The position numbers were made by a program, and so were the translations under genes. The notes under the pieces were generated by a model, which saw nothing but the letters and a program-made list of their open reading frames with translations, was not told the origin of the DNA and made no database searches. Below are positions 31,611 to 42,439 of a stretch of DNA of 64,000 nucleotides, in pieces (the first letter of the stretch is position 1; every line of letters starts with the position of its first letter). Origin of the DNA: Thermoanaerobaculia bacterium (lineage in GTDB: Bacteria; Acidobacteriota; Thermoanaerobaculia; UBA5066); assembly GCA_963816185.1 (NCBI GenBank), contig CAWFJJ010000001.1, positions 256,001 to 320,000 on the forward strand, in the 5' to 3' direction.

Positions 31611-32192
31611 TCAGGGCCTGGCCGTCACGATCTCGAAGTCGACCTTGACCTCGTCTTTCACATTGACCGTGCCGCCTCCGGCGCTGATCGGCTTGATGCC
31701 GAAGGCGCTCTGCTTGACGGTCGCCGAGCCGCGAAACCTCTCCTTCGAGCCAGTGACCTCGAAAGACAGCGGCACTTTCTTCCCGCGCAGCTCGAGGTCC
31801 CCTTCGACGCGCCAGCGCCCTTCTGCGATCTGCTTCACCGTCGTGGACTTGAAGCGGATCTCCGGGAACTTCGCGACGTCGAGCACCTCCGGCCCCAGCA
31901 TGCGCTTCTGCACCTCGGCCCGTTTCTCCTTCGCGAGCTTCGGGTCGAGCACCGTCATCTGACGCGCGTCCACCGCGATCTCCACCGCCGGCTTTTCTCC
32001 GTCGGAAACGGATCCCGACGAGACCGTCGCCCGCACTTCGTGGTTGTCGCCAAGAGCGGAGAGGAGGCCCGACTTGAAGACGTGCACGGTGAACGAGGAC
32101 TGCTTGGTGTCGATGGCCCACGTCTCGCCGTTCGCGGATGCGCAGAGGAGCGCCGAGGCCAGGACGGCGCCCGGGAGGAGTTTTCGTCTCAT
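31611..32192 (-). CDS. YceI-family protein
   Basis: VLDVAKFPEIRFKS, GDLELRG, QSAFGIKP, VKDEV. Confidence 0.85.
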   Translation of the reverse strand: MRRKLLPGAVLASALLCASANGETWAIDTKQSSFTVHVFKSGLLSALGDNHEVRATVSSGSVSDGEKPAVEIAVDARQMTVLDPKLAKEKRAEVQKRMLGPEVLDVAKFPEIRFKSTTVKQIAEGRWRVEGDLELRGKKVPLSFEVTGSKERFRGSATVKQSAFGIKPISAGGGTVNVKDEVKVDFEIVTARP

Positions 32193-32256
32193 GGAAGGAC
32201 CTCCTTCATGTCTCGCCGGAAGCAATCGGCGGGCCGGACTGCCTATACTCCGCGGA

Positions 32257-33213
32257 ATGAAGAAAGCCGCGCTCGTCCTTCTTGTGGCAGCTCTGTCCCT
32301 CCCCGCGCTCGCCGACGACGCGCTCGGAACGCTCACGGTGAAAGGAAAGACGACGGTCCTCAAGGCGGTCGCCGCCACCGAGGAAACCGGCGAGGGCGGG
32401 CAGAAGTGGCTCGTCATCCTCGCGTCCGACCGGAAGGTGGAGGGCGATCACTCCATCGCGCGTCTCGCGCAGCTCGCGAACGACGGCAAGCTCCACGCCG
32501 TGAGAATCCTCTGGCGGATCGGGAGCGACACGGTGCGGGCGGTCCCGTACGACGCGAAGCTTCCCACGAGCGGCCAGATGGGCCAGGAGAGCCCCACGCT
32601 CGACCTCCGGAAGTACGGTTCGGGCCGCGTCGACGCGGAGTTCAAGTCCAAGATGCTGGGACAGGACTGGCACTTCCACGCGAACGTGAAGGCGAAGGTC
32701 GTTCCCGGCGGGACCCTCGAGTACGAGCACGAGGCGCAGAGCTCGGTGCGGCGACCCCGGGCGGCGACAAGAAGCTCGCGCTCGGAAAGCTCGGCTACGA
32801 ATACACGCCGGAGTCGTTTCACCACGCGATCTCGGACGGGAACCTCGAGGCCGTGCGCCTCTTCCTCGCGATCGGGATGTCGCCGAACGCGCATGCGAAG
32901 GGCGACAACCACCCGATGATCATGGCGGCGATGGGCTGCGGCAACCCGGACAAGAGCGGACGATCGCTCGAAGATCCTCGAGACGCTCGCGTCAGGCGGC
33001 GGAGACGTGAAGGCGGCGGACCAGAACGGATCGACCGCGCTCCTGTGGGCCGTCCAGGGCGGCTGCTCGGCCGACAGCGTCAAGGCGCTCCTCAAGGCCG
33101 GTGCGAACCCGAACGTCCGCGCCAAGGCCGGCGCCACGCCGCTCATGTTCGCGGAGCTCTTCAAGCGCACGGAGCTTGCGGACATTCTCAAGGCGGCGGG
33201 CGCGAAAAAGTAG
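32257..33213 (+). CDS. Secreted ankyrin-repeat protein, frameshifts near 32735 and 32960
   Basis: Signal peptide; GNLEAVRLFLAIGMSPN, GSTALLWA and GATPLMFA repeats spread over three frames. Confidence 0.7.
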
Positions 33214-33230
33214 CTCGGCCTGCCGCCGTT

Positions 33231-34010
33231 CTACCTACGACCCGGTGCGCGGGCCTCTCGCTCGGCCGCCTCGGCCGCTTCCGAAGCCTTTCGTGCCTCG
33301 GCACATTTCGCTTCGAGCGCCTTTTCTTCGGCCGCAGCCTCGGAGAGCGCGACTTCGAGCGAGGCCTTCTTCCTTCGGATCGCCGCGACCGCTTTCTCGG
33401 CGGCGCGGAGGCTCGCGCTTGCCCGCCGGGCTTCCTTCGTCCGCTCCGCGAGCGCCTTCTGAGCCTCGCGACGGGCCGGGGCCGCTCGGGGAAGGCGCGG
33501 TCCCGCGGCGCCGCCCCGAGAATGCCGAGCGAGGCGACCTCGTCGAATCCCGGCGCTTCCACGTCTTCGCTCAAGCGTCCGGCGAGCGGACGGCCGGCGG
33601 CGCTGCCGTACGGTCGCGATCGCTTCGAGAGTCGCCGAGACGCGGCGCAGGACGTCGGGATTCGCCGCGAGGCCCGCGCCGACGAACGCACGCTCGACTT
33701 CCCGCCGCGCCTCGTGGACGGCATCGCGCCTCTTCCGCATCGACTCGCGCGGATCGGAGCCGCCCAAGCGCAGCCGGTCGCCCGACGCGACGAGCGCCGC
33801 GAGGACACGCGGTGCGGATAGCGCCAGGTGGTTGACCCCCCACGCGGCGGCGTTCGGCTTTTTCAGCGCCTTCACCCGCGCGGCGTCGTCCTTTCGGCCG
33901 GCGGCCTCGAGCGTCTTCACGAGCGCGTTGCGGGCGGAGACGAACTCCGAGGGCGGGGAGGCGTAGAGCGTGTCGAGCTCCGCTTCGATGTCGATGCCGG
34001 CCTTCGCCAC
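33231..34010 (-). CDS. Conserved hypothetical helical protein, probable frameshift(s) near 33500-33600
   Basis: ELDTLYASPPSEFVSARNALVK...LKKPNAAAWGVN N-terminus, coiled-coil C-terminus, garbled middle. Confidence 0.6.
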   Translation of the reverse strand: MAKAGIDIEAELDTLYASPPSEFVSARNALVKTLEAAGRKDDAARVKALKKPNAAAWGVNHLALSAPRVLAALVASGDRLRLGGSDPRESMRKRRDAVHEARREVERAFVGAGLAANPDVLRRVSATLEAIATVRQRRRPSARRTLERRRGSAGIRRGRLARHSRGGAAGPRLPRAAPARREAQKALAERTKEARRASASLRAAEKAVAAIRRKKASLEVALSEAAAEEKALEAKCAEARKASEAAEAAEREARAPGRR

Positions 34011-34058
34011 AGGCGGATTCTGTCAGGGCCGCCCGTAGGAGGGCGAAAACCCACGGCA

Positions 34059-34093
34059 TTGATTTTTTTAAGCTGCATCTTGATTTTTTTAAG
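34059..34093 (+). promoter_or_regulatory. Direct-repeat operator candidate TTGATTTTTTTAAG x2
   Basis: Exact 14-mers at 34059-34072 and 34080-34093 (21-bp period) upstream of the DUF2089-like gene. Confidence 0.65.
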
Positions 34094-34116
34094 TCCAAGC
34101 GCTATGTTCCTGAGGT

Positions 34117-34494
34117 ATGGCTCAGGACTGGCAAGCTCTGACAGACCTCACGCGCGGCGAGCCGATCCTCGTCGAGCGCGTCCGACTCGCCGGACGGGAC
34201 GTGAGCATCGAAGGCAGCTTCGAGCCTCCGCCGCTGGCCCGGCTGTCCGCCGAAGACCAGGTCTTCGTGGCCGCGTTCGTGAAGTGCCACGGGTCGATCA
34301 AGCAGATGGAGAAGTACTTCGGGGTCAGCTACCCGACGATCAAGAACCGTCTGAACAGGATCGGCGAGGGGCTCGCGTTCGTCGAGATCGCGAGCGACGA
34401 CGCGCCGCCCCCGCAAGACGTCCTCTCGCGGATCGCGGACGGAACGATCACGGTGCAGCAGGCGCTCGAAGAGCTGAAGGCGACGCGGAAGTAG
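34117..34494 (+). CDS. DUF2089-like HTH protein
   Basis: IEGSFE, LSAEDQVFVAAFVKCHGSIKQMEKYFGVSYPTIKNRL, C-terminal GTITVQQALEEL. Confidence 0.8.
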   Translation: MAQDWQALTDLTRGEPILVERVRLAGRDVSIEGSFEPPPLARLSAEDQVFVAAFVKCHGSIKQMEKYFGVSYPTIKNRLNRIGEGLAFVEIASDDAPPPQDVLSRIADGTITVQQALEELKATRK

Positions 34495-34526
34495 GAGTTC
34501 ACAGAACCGGAACGGAGGAGGACCCC

Positions 34527-34934
34527 ATGTCCGAAGACAGGAAACGTGTGCTCGAAATGCTCGCGAGCGGCAAGGTGACCGTGGACGAGGCCGAACGCCT
34601 CCTTGCCGCGCTCGGGGACCCGCCGCCGCCTGCGCCCGACGCCGTAGCCGCGCCGCAGCGCCCGGGCCGCTTCTTCCGCATCGTCGTGAGGAAGAACGAG
34701 GGCAGCGGCAAGAACGTCGACATCCGCATCCCGCTCTCGCTCGTGAAAGGCGGTATGCGCATCGGCGCGATGATCCCGGGCTGCGGCGAGGCCGTGACGG
34801 AACAACTGCGCAAGAAAGGCATCAACCTCGACGTGACGAAGCTCGATCCCGACGGCCTCGAGGCCGCGCTGCGCGACATGGGCGAGATGGACATCGACGA
34901 CGGCAAGTCGCACGTGCGCATCTCGTACGAGTGA
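34527..34934 (+). CDS. SHOCT-like/YvlB-LiaX N-terminal domain protein
   Basis: MSEDRKRVLEMLASGKVTVDEAERLLAAL, VDIRIPLSL. Confidence 0.75.
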   Translation: MSEDRKRVLEMLASGKVTVDEAERLLAALGDPPPPAPDAVAAPQRPGRFFRIVVRKNEGSGKNVDIRIPLSLVKGGMRIGAMIPGCGEAVTEQLRKKGINLDVTKLDPDGLEAALRDMGEMDIDDGKSHVRISYE

Positions 34935-34959
34935 GCCGGCCGGAGAACGGAGGCGAGCT

Positions 34960-35862
34960 TCATCGGCGCGGGAGGGCGCCGGCCGTCAGGAAGGCCCGGA
35001 ACTGCTCGTTCTTCGCGACGACGTCGTTGTGCTCGAGCGCGGAGTCGATGAAGACCAGCCTGTTCTTCCGAAGGAGGTCCTGCGTGACGGCGGTCTCCGG
35101 AACCGCGGCGAACGGGATGTCCCACGCGCGGAGGTCGTCCATGAGGTCGAGCGACTGGTCCCGCGTGCCCCCCTCGGCCGTGTAGATGTCGACGAGCCTG
35201 CCGGGGAAACGGTCGATCCAGTGCGCGAACTTCTCCGACTGGCCGTAGAGCGCGTCGAACAGGTAGACCTCGCGGATGTTCGCGGTCAGGCCGCCCCGCG
35301 TCAGGATGTACGCCATGACCCTGTACGCCCCGCTGTGCCCGGCCAGGACGATCGAACCGGGCTTCGTGTTCTTGATCACGCCGCGCGCCTTCAGCGTCGA
35401 GAGCACGTCGGCGACGAGCTTCGAGAAGACGCCTGTCTCCTCGAGCTTCCCGCCGAAGGAGTCGGGCGCGTTCTTCGGCCCTTCGGGGAGGACGAGGACC
35501 GCGTTCACGCCGCTCGCCGCGAGCTGCTCGGCGACGCGGAACTGCGCGAACGTGTCGTCGACGTTGTTGCGCCACCCGTGGAAGTAGAAGACGAGGCTTG
35601 TGGCGCCTCCGGCGCGGAAGCCCTTCGGCACGAAGATCGCCACCGTGCGGTCGCTGTAGTGGACGTCGGCGGGATACGTCTTCCCCTCGTAGGTGTACCC
35701 CTTCGCGCGCTTCTCGTGCGGGAACATCGTGAAGTCCGACGTCGTCACGATCATCGTGCCGATGTCGGCGTAGCGCTCCGCGAGGGGCTGAGCGGGCTGG
35801 GCGGCGGCCGTGCCCGCGGCGAGCGTCACGGCGAGGGCCAGAACGTGTCGGATCTGTTTCAC
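34960..35862 (-). CDS. Secreted alpha/beta-hydrolase-fold protein
   Basis: YFHGW, LAGHSGAY nucleophile elbow, LFDALY. Confidence 0.7.
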   Translation of the reverse strand: MKQIRHVLALAVTLAAGTAAAQPAQPLAERYADIGTMIVTTSDFTMFPHEKRAKGYTYEGKTYPADVHYSDRTVAIFVPKGFRAGGATSLVFYFHGWRNNVDDTFAQFRVAEQLAASGVNAVLVLPEGPKNAPDSFGGKLEETGVFSKLVADVLSTLKARGVIKNTKPGSIVLAGHSGAYRVMAYILTRGGLTANIREVYLFDALYGQSEKFAHWIDRFPGRLVDIYTAEGGTRDQSLDLMDDLRAWDIPFAAVPETAVTQDLLRKNRLVFIDSALEHNDVVAKNEQFRAFLTAGALPRR

Positions 35863-35904
35863 GGTCCGCGGATGCTACACGGCGCAAATCGGCGCGGGCA
35901 GGAA

Positions 35905-35932
35905 GTAAGAGTCTCCCTGGTAAGATTCTTAC
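35905..35932. promoter_or_regulatory. Palindromic operator of the toxin-antitoxin operon
   Basis: GTAAGA-T-TCTTAC (35920-35932) plus degenerate copy GTAAGAGTCTCC (35905-35916). Confidence 0.65.
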
Positions 35933-35947
35933 TCTGAGGGAGGCGCC

Positions 35948-36172
35948 ATGAAGATCACGTCCAAGGGCCAGGTCACAATTCCCATCGGGATTCGCCAGCG
36001 TTTCGGCTTGCTGCCGGATACCGAGGTGGCGTTCGAAGCGCGGGGCGGCGCGGTGGTCATCCGGAAGGTGCGGGAGAGCGGGAGACGGGGCGCGAACGTC
36101 GTCGCGCGGCTGAAGGGTAAGGCCACGTCCGGCCTGAGCACGGACCAGATCCTCGCGCTCACCCGTGGCTGA
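35948..36172 (+). CDS. vapB: AbrB/MazE/SpoVT-type antitoxin
   Basis: MKITSKGQVTIP; overlaps the PIN gene. Confidence 0.88.
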   Translation: MKITSKGQVTIPIGIRQRFGLLPDTEVAFEARGGAVVIRKVRESGRRGANVVARLKGKATSGLSTDQILALTRG

Positions 36173-36569
36173 CACGCTCGTCGACAGCAATGTCCTTCTC
36201 GATGTTCTGACCGAGGATGCCCGCTGGTTCGCGTGGTCATCCGAAGCCTTGGCGCGCCGAGCCGGGGAGTCGGCGTTCGTGATCAATCCGATCGTCTACG
36301 CGGAGGTGTCGATCGGCTTCACGCGGATCGAGGACCTGGACGAGGTGCTGAATAGCGCCGGTTTCGAGAGGCGGCCGCTGCCGTGGGAAGCCGCGTTCCT
36401 CGCGGGTAAGTGCTTCCAGCGCTATCGGGGGCGCGGCGGCGTTCGGACGTCCACACTTCCAGACTTCTACATCGGCGCGCACGCCGTGGTTTCGGGCCTC
36501 GCACTCCTCACACGGGACGCCGCGCGATATCGGACGTATTTTCCGGGACTCGAGGTCATTTCACCGTAG
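36165..36569 (+). CDS. vapC: PIN-domain toxin
   Basis: LVDSNVLLD, YAEVS, LPDFYIGAHA, LLTRD. Confidence 0.9.
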   Translation: MADTLVDSNVLLDVLTEDARWFAWSSEALARRAGESAFVINPIVYAEVSIGFTRIEDLDEVLNSAGFERRPLPWEAAFLAGKCFQRYRGRGGVRTSTLPDFYIGAHAVVSGLALLTRDAARYRTYFPGLEVISP

Positions 36570-36622
36570 AGGCATCGGGGCTCGCGCCGGCCGCAGTCCC
36601 TGTCTCACAGAAAGCTCCGCCC

Positions 36623-39600
36623 TCACCTCACCGGCATCGGCGGCCGCTTCGGCCTGACCGGCGGGTTCTTCTTCAGCTCCTCCATGACGATCGAAATCGC
36701 CTTCTCGAGCTGCGGGTCGTGGCCGGAGATGACGTCGGCCGGCGTCTGCTCGACCTCGACGTCGGGCGGGACGCCGACGTTCTCGACGCCGAAGCCTTCC
36801 TCCGGCGTCCAGAACCCGATGTTCGGCGCGGTGACGACGGCGCCGTCCATGAGCGTCGGGAAGCCGAGGATGCCGACGAGGCCGCCCCACGTGCGCTCGC
36901 CGACGATCGTCCCGACCTTGAAGTGCCGGAACATCCACGGCAGGAGGTCGCCGCCGGAGCCGGCCGTCTCGTCGATCAGCATGACCTTCGGCCCCTGGAT
37001 GGACGCGGTCGGCGTCTTGAGGTCCTCGCCGTAGCGCATCGCCCACCATGCGATCGGCTGGCGGGTGAGCGCCTCGATGTAGTAGTCCGCGATGCTGCCG
37101 CCGCCGTTGAACCGCTCGTCCACGATGATCGCGTCCTTGGCCGCCTGCGGGTAGAAGTAGCGCTTGAAGTACGTGAAGCCGAGGTCCGCCGTGTTCGGGA
37201 CGTAGACGTACGCGACGCGCCCGCCCGTCGCGGCGTCGACCTTTCGGAGGTTCCCTTCCACCCAGTCACGGTTGCGAAGCAGCGCCTCGTTCGCCACCGG
37301 GACGACGCTGACCGTGCGCGCGCCCTTGCCGTCCGCGGTCGGGCCGACGGTGATCTCGACGATCTTCCCGGCCGTGGCCTCGAAGCGCTCGTAGAGGTTC
37401 TCGGGCGGCGCGAGGGCCTTGCCGTTCACCGCGAGGAGGTACTCGCCCGACTTCACCTCGACGCCGGGCTCGGAGAGCGGCGCGCGCAGCTCGGGGTTCC
37501 AGTTCAGGCCGCCGAAGACTTTCTTGAAGCGGTAGCGGCCGTTCGCGACTTCGTAGTCCGCGCCGAGGAGCCCGCCCGGGACGGGCGTGACTTCGCCGAA
37601 CGAGTCGCCCGGCGTGATCCGGTGGTGGCCGACGGAGAGCTCGCTGCACATCCACTGGATGACGCGGTTGAGGTCGGTGCGCGACGAAAGGTACGGAAGG
37701 AAGGCGGCGTACTTCGCCTTCATGGCCTTCCAGTCGACGCCGTGCATCTTCGGGTCGTAGAAGAAGTCGCGGTTGACGCGCCAGGCCTCGTCGAAGATCT
37801 CGGGCCACTCGGCACGAGGATCGACGCGCACGGCGATCGCGTCGAGGTTGAGCTTGCCGCCCGCGCCTTCCTTCGGCTTGCCGTCCGGACCCTCCTTCGG
37901 GTCGGCCTTCTTCGGGGACGACGGGACGATGAACCACGAGTCCTTCCGCGGCGCCCCGTTCTGAGTCTTCTCCTTCTGCTTGAAGAGAATCTTCTTGCCG
38001 TCGAAGGAGACGAGGTAGTCGTCGGCCTCGGGGACGATCGTCTCGGTCTTGCGGTCCTTGAAGTCGAAGCGCTGGACGGACGTCTTTCCGTCGGCGGCGC
38101 GCTGGAAGAAGACCTGGCCCGCGCTGCCGGCCTGGAGGTTCGAGATCTCGGCGGGGTGGACCGGGAGGTCGACGATGCGGAGATTGAAACCGTCGCGGTC
38201 GATCACGACGGGCTCGGGCTTCTTCGGGGCTTGGCCTTCCAGCTGCGGCATTCGTGTCGCCGTCCTTGGAATCGGCGGGACGGTCGCCTTTGCTCCTTTC
38301 GAAGAATCTTCTTCTTTCTTCTACTTCCGTCTTCGCGCCGTCTCGCCCTTCTCCTCGTCGCTCTCTTTCGCGAGCGGCGAAGGCGTGCCCTTCTTCAGCG
38401 TGGCGACGTAGATCGCGTTCGTGATGCGGGAGTCGGTGCTCTGCAGGGAGAACCAGCGTGCGCTGCGGTCCGGCGTCGGTCGAGGCGAGGAAGTAGAGGA
38501 ATTTGCCGTCCCGGTCGAAGGCGGGGTCCGAGACGTCCGAAAGGCCGTCCGTGAGCGCGTACGACTTGTCCTCGCCCACGGAGTAGACGAACGCGGTGCG
38601 GATGTACGTGGGGCCCGAGAGCGTGTAAGCCACCCAGCGCGAGTCGGGCGACCACGTGCCGCGGAGCCGCCGCGTCTCTTCCGGTCCGTAGCGGCTCTCA
38701 GCCGCGATCTTCTTCGAGGCGCCGCTCGCGAGGTCCACGATCCACAGTGTCAGGGAGTTGTCGGTGAGGACGATCTTCTTTCCGTCGGGCGAGAAGACGA
38801 GGTCGTCGTAGAAACCCGAGCCCGGGACCTTGATCTTCCTCGGCGCGCCCCTGCCGTCCTGCGTGCGCACGACGAGCTCGTTCTCGCCGCTCTCGTCGGA
38901 GACGTAGGCGATCTCCTTGCCGTCCGGCGACCAGGCGGGCGCGCGCTCGTGCGCGGCGGTCGTCTCCGTGAGGTTGCGGGGATCGCCCTTTTCGGCCGGA
39001 ACGGTCACGATCTCGCCCCGGAACTCGAACGCGGCGCGCGCGCCGGAGGGGGAGAGGGCGGCGCCGCGGATCCACTTCGCGCCTTTCGCCCAGCGCGGGC
39101 GCGTCTCGAGAAGGTCGCCCGCGACCGTGATGGCAAGGTCGGTCGTCTTCTTCGAGGCGAGGTCGAGAAGGTGGAGCGTGCCCGCCTGCTCGTAGACGAT
39201 GCGTCCCGCCGCCGCCGCCGCGTTGAGGACGGGGAAGTCCTTGAGGTCGGTCAGGCGCTCGAGCGACTTCGACTTTGCGTCGTAGGCATAGACGTTGAAC
39301 TCGCCGTCGCGGTCGGAGCGCAGATAGAGAGCCCCGCCGATCCACATCGGGTCCACGTCGTTGCAACGCGTCGCGGGCTGGGGAATGCGGTTGATCGCGT
39401 GCGTCGCGACGTCGAAGAGCCACACCTTCGAGACGAGCCCGCCGCGGTAGCGCTTCCACTGCAGGTGCGCCGGGTTGTTCGGGTTGTAGGCGATCGTCTT
39501 TCCGTCGGGCGAGTAGGCGGCGCGGCTGGCGTACGGGATCGGGAGGGCGGTCTCGAGCCCGCCCTCCACGGGCACCGTGTAGAGCTGCGTGTGCCGGTTG

Positions 39601-40016
39601 TTGACGGCGGCGCGCGGCGACGTGAAGAGGACGGATTTGCCGTCGGGCGCGAAGCCCTGCACGACGTCGCGTCCGGGATGCCACGTAAGCCTCTTCGGCA
39701 CGCCGCCCGCGGCGGGGACGACGTAGACGTCGAGGTTGCCGTCGAGCTCGGCGCTGAACGCGAGGAGCGAGCCGTCGGGGCTGAAGGCCGGCCGCATCTT
39801 CACGCCCGGACCGGAGGTGATGCGTTCGACGCCGCCGCCGTCGAGGCGGCACGTCCAGATGTCGTTCCCGTAGACGAAGGCGATGCGGTCTTTCGAGAGC
39901 GCCGGGTCCGTGAGCATCTTCGACGGCCCAACCGGGGCGGCCGCGGCGAGCGCGGCGGACGAGACGGCGAGAGAGAGCGTGAGAGACAGGGCGATGACGG
40001 CGAGACGTGCGCGCAT
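36623..40016 (-). CDS. Tricorn-like S41 protease, frameshift near 38457 and in-frame TAG at 38321-38323
   Basis: PD40 propellers, PDZ, DERFNGGG, AGSGGDLLP, TWGGLVG, ENVGVPPD, DPQLEKAI. Confidence 0.9.
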
Positions 40017-40172
40017 GGGATGGATTCTGCATGTCCTTCGGGCCGCGACGGCGCGGGGACAAAAAAAAGGTCTCACAACCCGGTGGCGCCGCCCCCGCGT
40101 CGACACAATTTCGGAGAAACCGGGGTGAAACGGCCTGGCCCGCGCGATGCATGGTGATTGGCGGAGAGAGCC

Positions 40173-40547
40173 ATGTCCGCTCGCACGCCCGAGGATTGCG
40201 ACCGGCTGTTCGCCGAGCGCGTGAATTCCGGCGATCTCGGCGGCGCCCTGGCGCTTTACGAGGACCGTGGGTGCTACGTGCTCCGCGACGGCGTCGCGAG
40301 GGGCCCGGCGGCGATTCAGCCGGTCCTCGAGGAGCTCATCGCGTCCAAGCCGCGGCTCGAGTGCGAGGTGAAGCGGGTCGTGCGCGCGGGCGACGGCCTC
40401 GCGCTTCTCTACAACGACTGGCGCGTGACCGTGGGCGGCGAGGACGACCTGTCGATCGAGCGCACGGGCAGGGCCGTCGAGCTCGTGCGGCGGCAGGCGG
40501 ACGGCACGTGGCGATTCGTCATCGACGACCCTTACGGACGGACCTGA
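40173..40547 (+). CDS. SnoaL/NTF2-like (YybH-like) protein
   Basis: GDLGGALALYE, ELVRRQADGTWRFVIDDP. Confidence 0.8.
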   Translation: MSARTPEDCDRLFAERVNSGDLGGALALYEDRGCYVLRDGVARGPAAIQPVLEELIASKPRLECEVKRVVRAGDGLALLYNDWRVTVGGEDDLSIERTGRAVELVRRQADGTWRFVIDDPYGRT

Positions 40548-40554
40548 CCTGCGC

Positions 40555-42360
40555 TCAGAAACCCTTCGGCCGCTCCCCCCGCACGCCGAACGCCTTCTCG
40601 AGCGCGATTCCCGCGCGGCCGATCGTCCCTTCGTCGAAGAGGCGGCCGACGAGAGTCACGCCGTGCGGGACGCGCCTCTTCGGCGAGAGCTTCGGGAGCG
40701 GCCGGGCCGGATCGGGCGCCCAGTCGCTGCGGGCCTGATCGATCTCGACGAAGCCGGCGGGCAGCGTCAGCGAGGGGTGGCCGGTGAAGTTCGTGATCGT
40801 GAGGATCTCGTCGCGGAGCGACGGGACGAGGAGGAGGTCCACCGTCGAGAAAATTCGTGCGATCTCCTGCGCGACCTTGCGCCGCAGCCGGTCCGCCTGC
40901 ACGTAATCGACCGCCGAGAGAAACCGCGACTGACGGAACGTGTTCGGCCAGGCGTCCGGCACCTGCATCCTGAGCTGATCGAGACCGCCGGAGAGCGTCA
41001 GCTCCTCGAACGAGGCCGCTGCCTCGGCAAAGAGAATCGTGTTCAAGGAGCCGTAGGGCCAATCCGGCAGGCTCACCTCGACCGTCGTCATCCCGAGGCG
41101 GCGAACGGTCTCGAGCGCGGCGCGGTCGACGTCGGTCGCCGGGCTCTCCTTCATCCACTGCGGGAAATACCCGACGCGCAAGCCCGCCACCGCGCGGTCC
41201 GGCTCGAAGTCGAGCCGGCTCGGAACGCTCGAGACGTCCCCCGGGTCGGGTCCGGCGATCGCCGCGAGGACGAGAAAAGTGTCCTCGACGCCGCGCGCCA
41301 TGGGACCGAGCTTGTCCATCGACCAGGAGAGGGTCATCGCGCCCGTTCGCGCGACGCGCCCGAACGTGGGCCTGAGGCCCGTGACGCCGCAACGCATCGA
41401 CGGGTCGACGATGCTCCCTTCCGTCTCGCTTCCGATCGCGAACGCCACGCATCCGGCGGCGGTCGCCGAGCCCGGACCGGCGCTGCTGCCGCCCGAGCCT
41501 TCCTCGAGAAGCCACGGGTTCTTCGTCTGGCCCGAGAACCAGACGTCGTTGAGCGCGAGCGCGCCCAGGCTCAGCTTCGCGACCAGGACGGCGCCGGCGT
41601 CGTGGAGGCGCCGCACGACCGCTGCATCCGCGTCCGGCACGCGGTCGCGAAACGGCTCCGCGCCCCAGGTCGTGCGGATGCCTTTCGTGTCGAGGAGGTC
41701 CTTGACGCCCCACGGGATGCCGTGCAGAGGGCCCCGGTACTTCCCGGCCGCGATCTCCGCGTCGGCGCGGCGGGCCTGCTCGAGGGCGAGGTCAGGTGTC
41801 AGCGTGATGACGCAGTGCAGATGGGGATCGAAGCGCCGAAGGCGGTCGAGGTAGATGCGGGTGAGGCGCTCGGAGGAGAGGGCCTTCGACTCGATCCAGC
41901 GCGACAGCGCCGCGACGGGCGCGAACGCGATGTCCCCGTCGTGTTTCGGGAGCGGGCCGAGGGCGACCTTGCTCCGTGAGAAGACGCCGCGCGCGGGGAC
42001 CGTCGACGTACCGGGCAGGATCGGGTTCCATTGCGACGCGGGCGCGAGGGATGGCTCGAGCGCGACTTTCCTCGGACCCGTGCGCCGCTCCATCGTGCCG
42101 GCCATGGACTCGCGCCAGTTCCCCGCGGCCTGCGCGCGGTCCTTCGGCGTCATGGAGACGCGCACGAGCTTCTCGGCCTCGGCGATCGTCGTGGGTGAGA
42201 CCTCGGGCCCTACGGCGGGCGCCGTTCCGAAGGCGGGCGGCGTCCCGGCGGCAGGCGTGGAGGCGGGGGGCGGCGTCTGCGCGTCCGCGCGCATACCCGT
42301 TACGAGCGCGGCGGCGGAGGCGGCGGTAGTCGTCAGGAACTCGCGGCGGGACTTGGGCAT
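40555..42360 (-). CDS. Amidase-signature enzyme with Tat signal
   Basis: SRREFL Tat motif, GPLHGIPWGVKD, GGSSAG, GSETEGSI, GLRPTFG. Confidence 0.9.
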   Translation of the reverse strand: MPKSRREFLTTTAASAAALVTGMRADAQTPPPASTPAAGTPPAFGTAPAVGPEVSPTTIAEAEKLVRVSMTPKDRAQAAGNWRESMAGTMERRTGPRKVALEPSLAPASQWNPILPGTSTVPARGVFSRSKVALGPLPKHDGDIAFAPVAALSRWIESKALSSERLTRIYLDRLRRFDPHLHCVITLTPDLALEQARRADAEIAAGKYRGPLHGIPWGVKDLLDTKGIRTTWGAEPFRDRVPDADAAVVRRLHDAGAVLVAKLSLGALALNDVWFSGQTKNPWLLEEGSGGSSAGPGSATAAGCVAFAIGSETEGSIVDPSMRCGVTGLRPTFGRVARTGAMTLSWSMDKLGPMARGVEDTFLVLAAIAGPDPGDVSSVPSRLDFEPDRAVAGLRVGYFPQWMKESPATDVDRAALETVRRLGMTTVEVSLPDWPYGSLNTILFAEAAASFEELTLSGGLDQLRMQVPDAWPNTFRQSRFLSAVDYVQADRLRRKVAQEIARIFSTVDLLLVPSLRDEILTITNFTGHPSLTLPAGFVEIDQARSDWAPDPARPLPKLSPKRRVPHGVTLVGRLFDEGTIGRAGIALEKAFGVRGERPKGF

Positions 42361-42439
42361 GGTCATCCTTTCCGTGCGGCGTCGTGGAGAGCGGCAAGCC
42401 TGCCACAAGTCGGTAACATCAGTCATCGCTTCACCGCGC

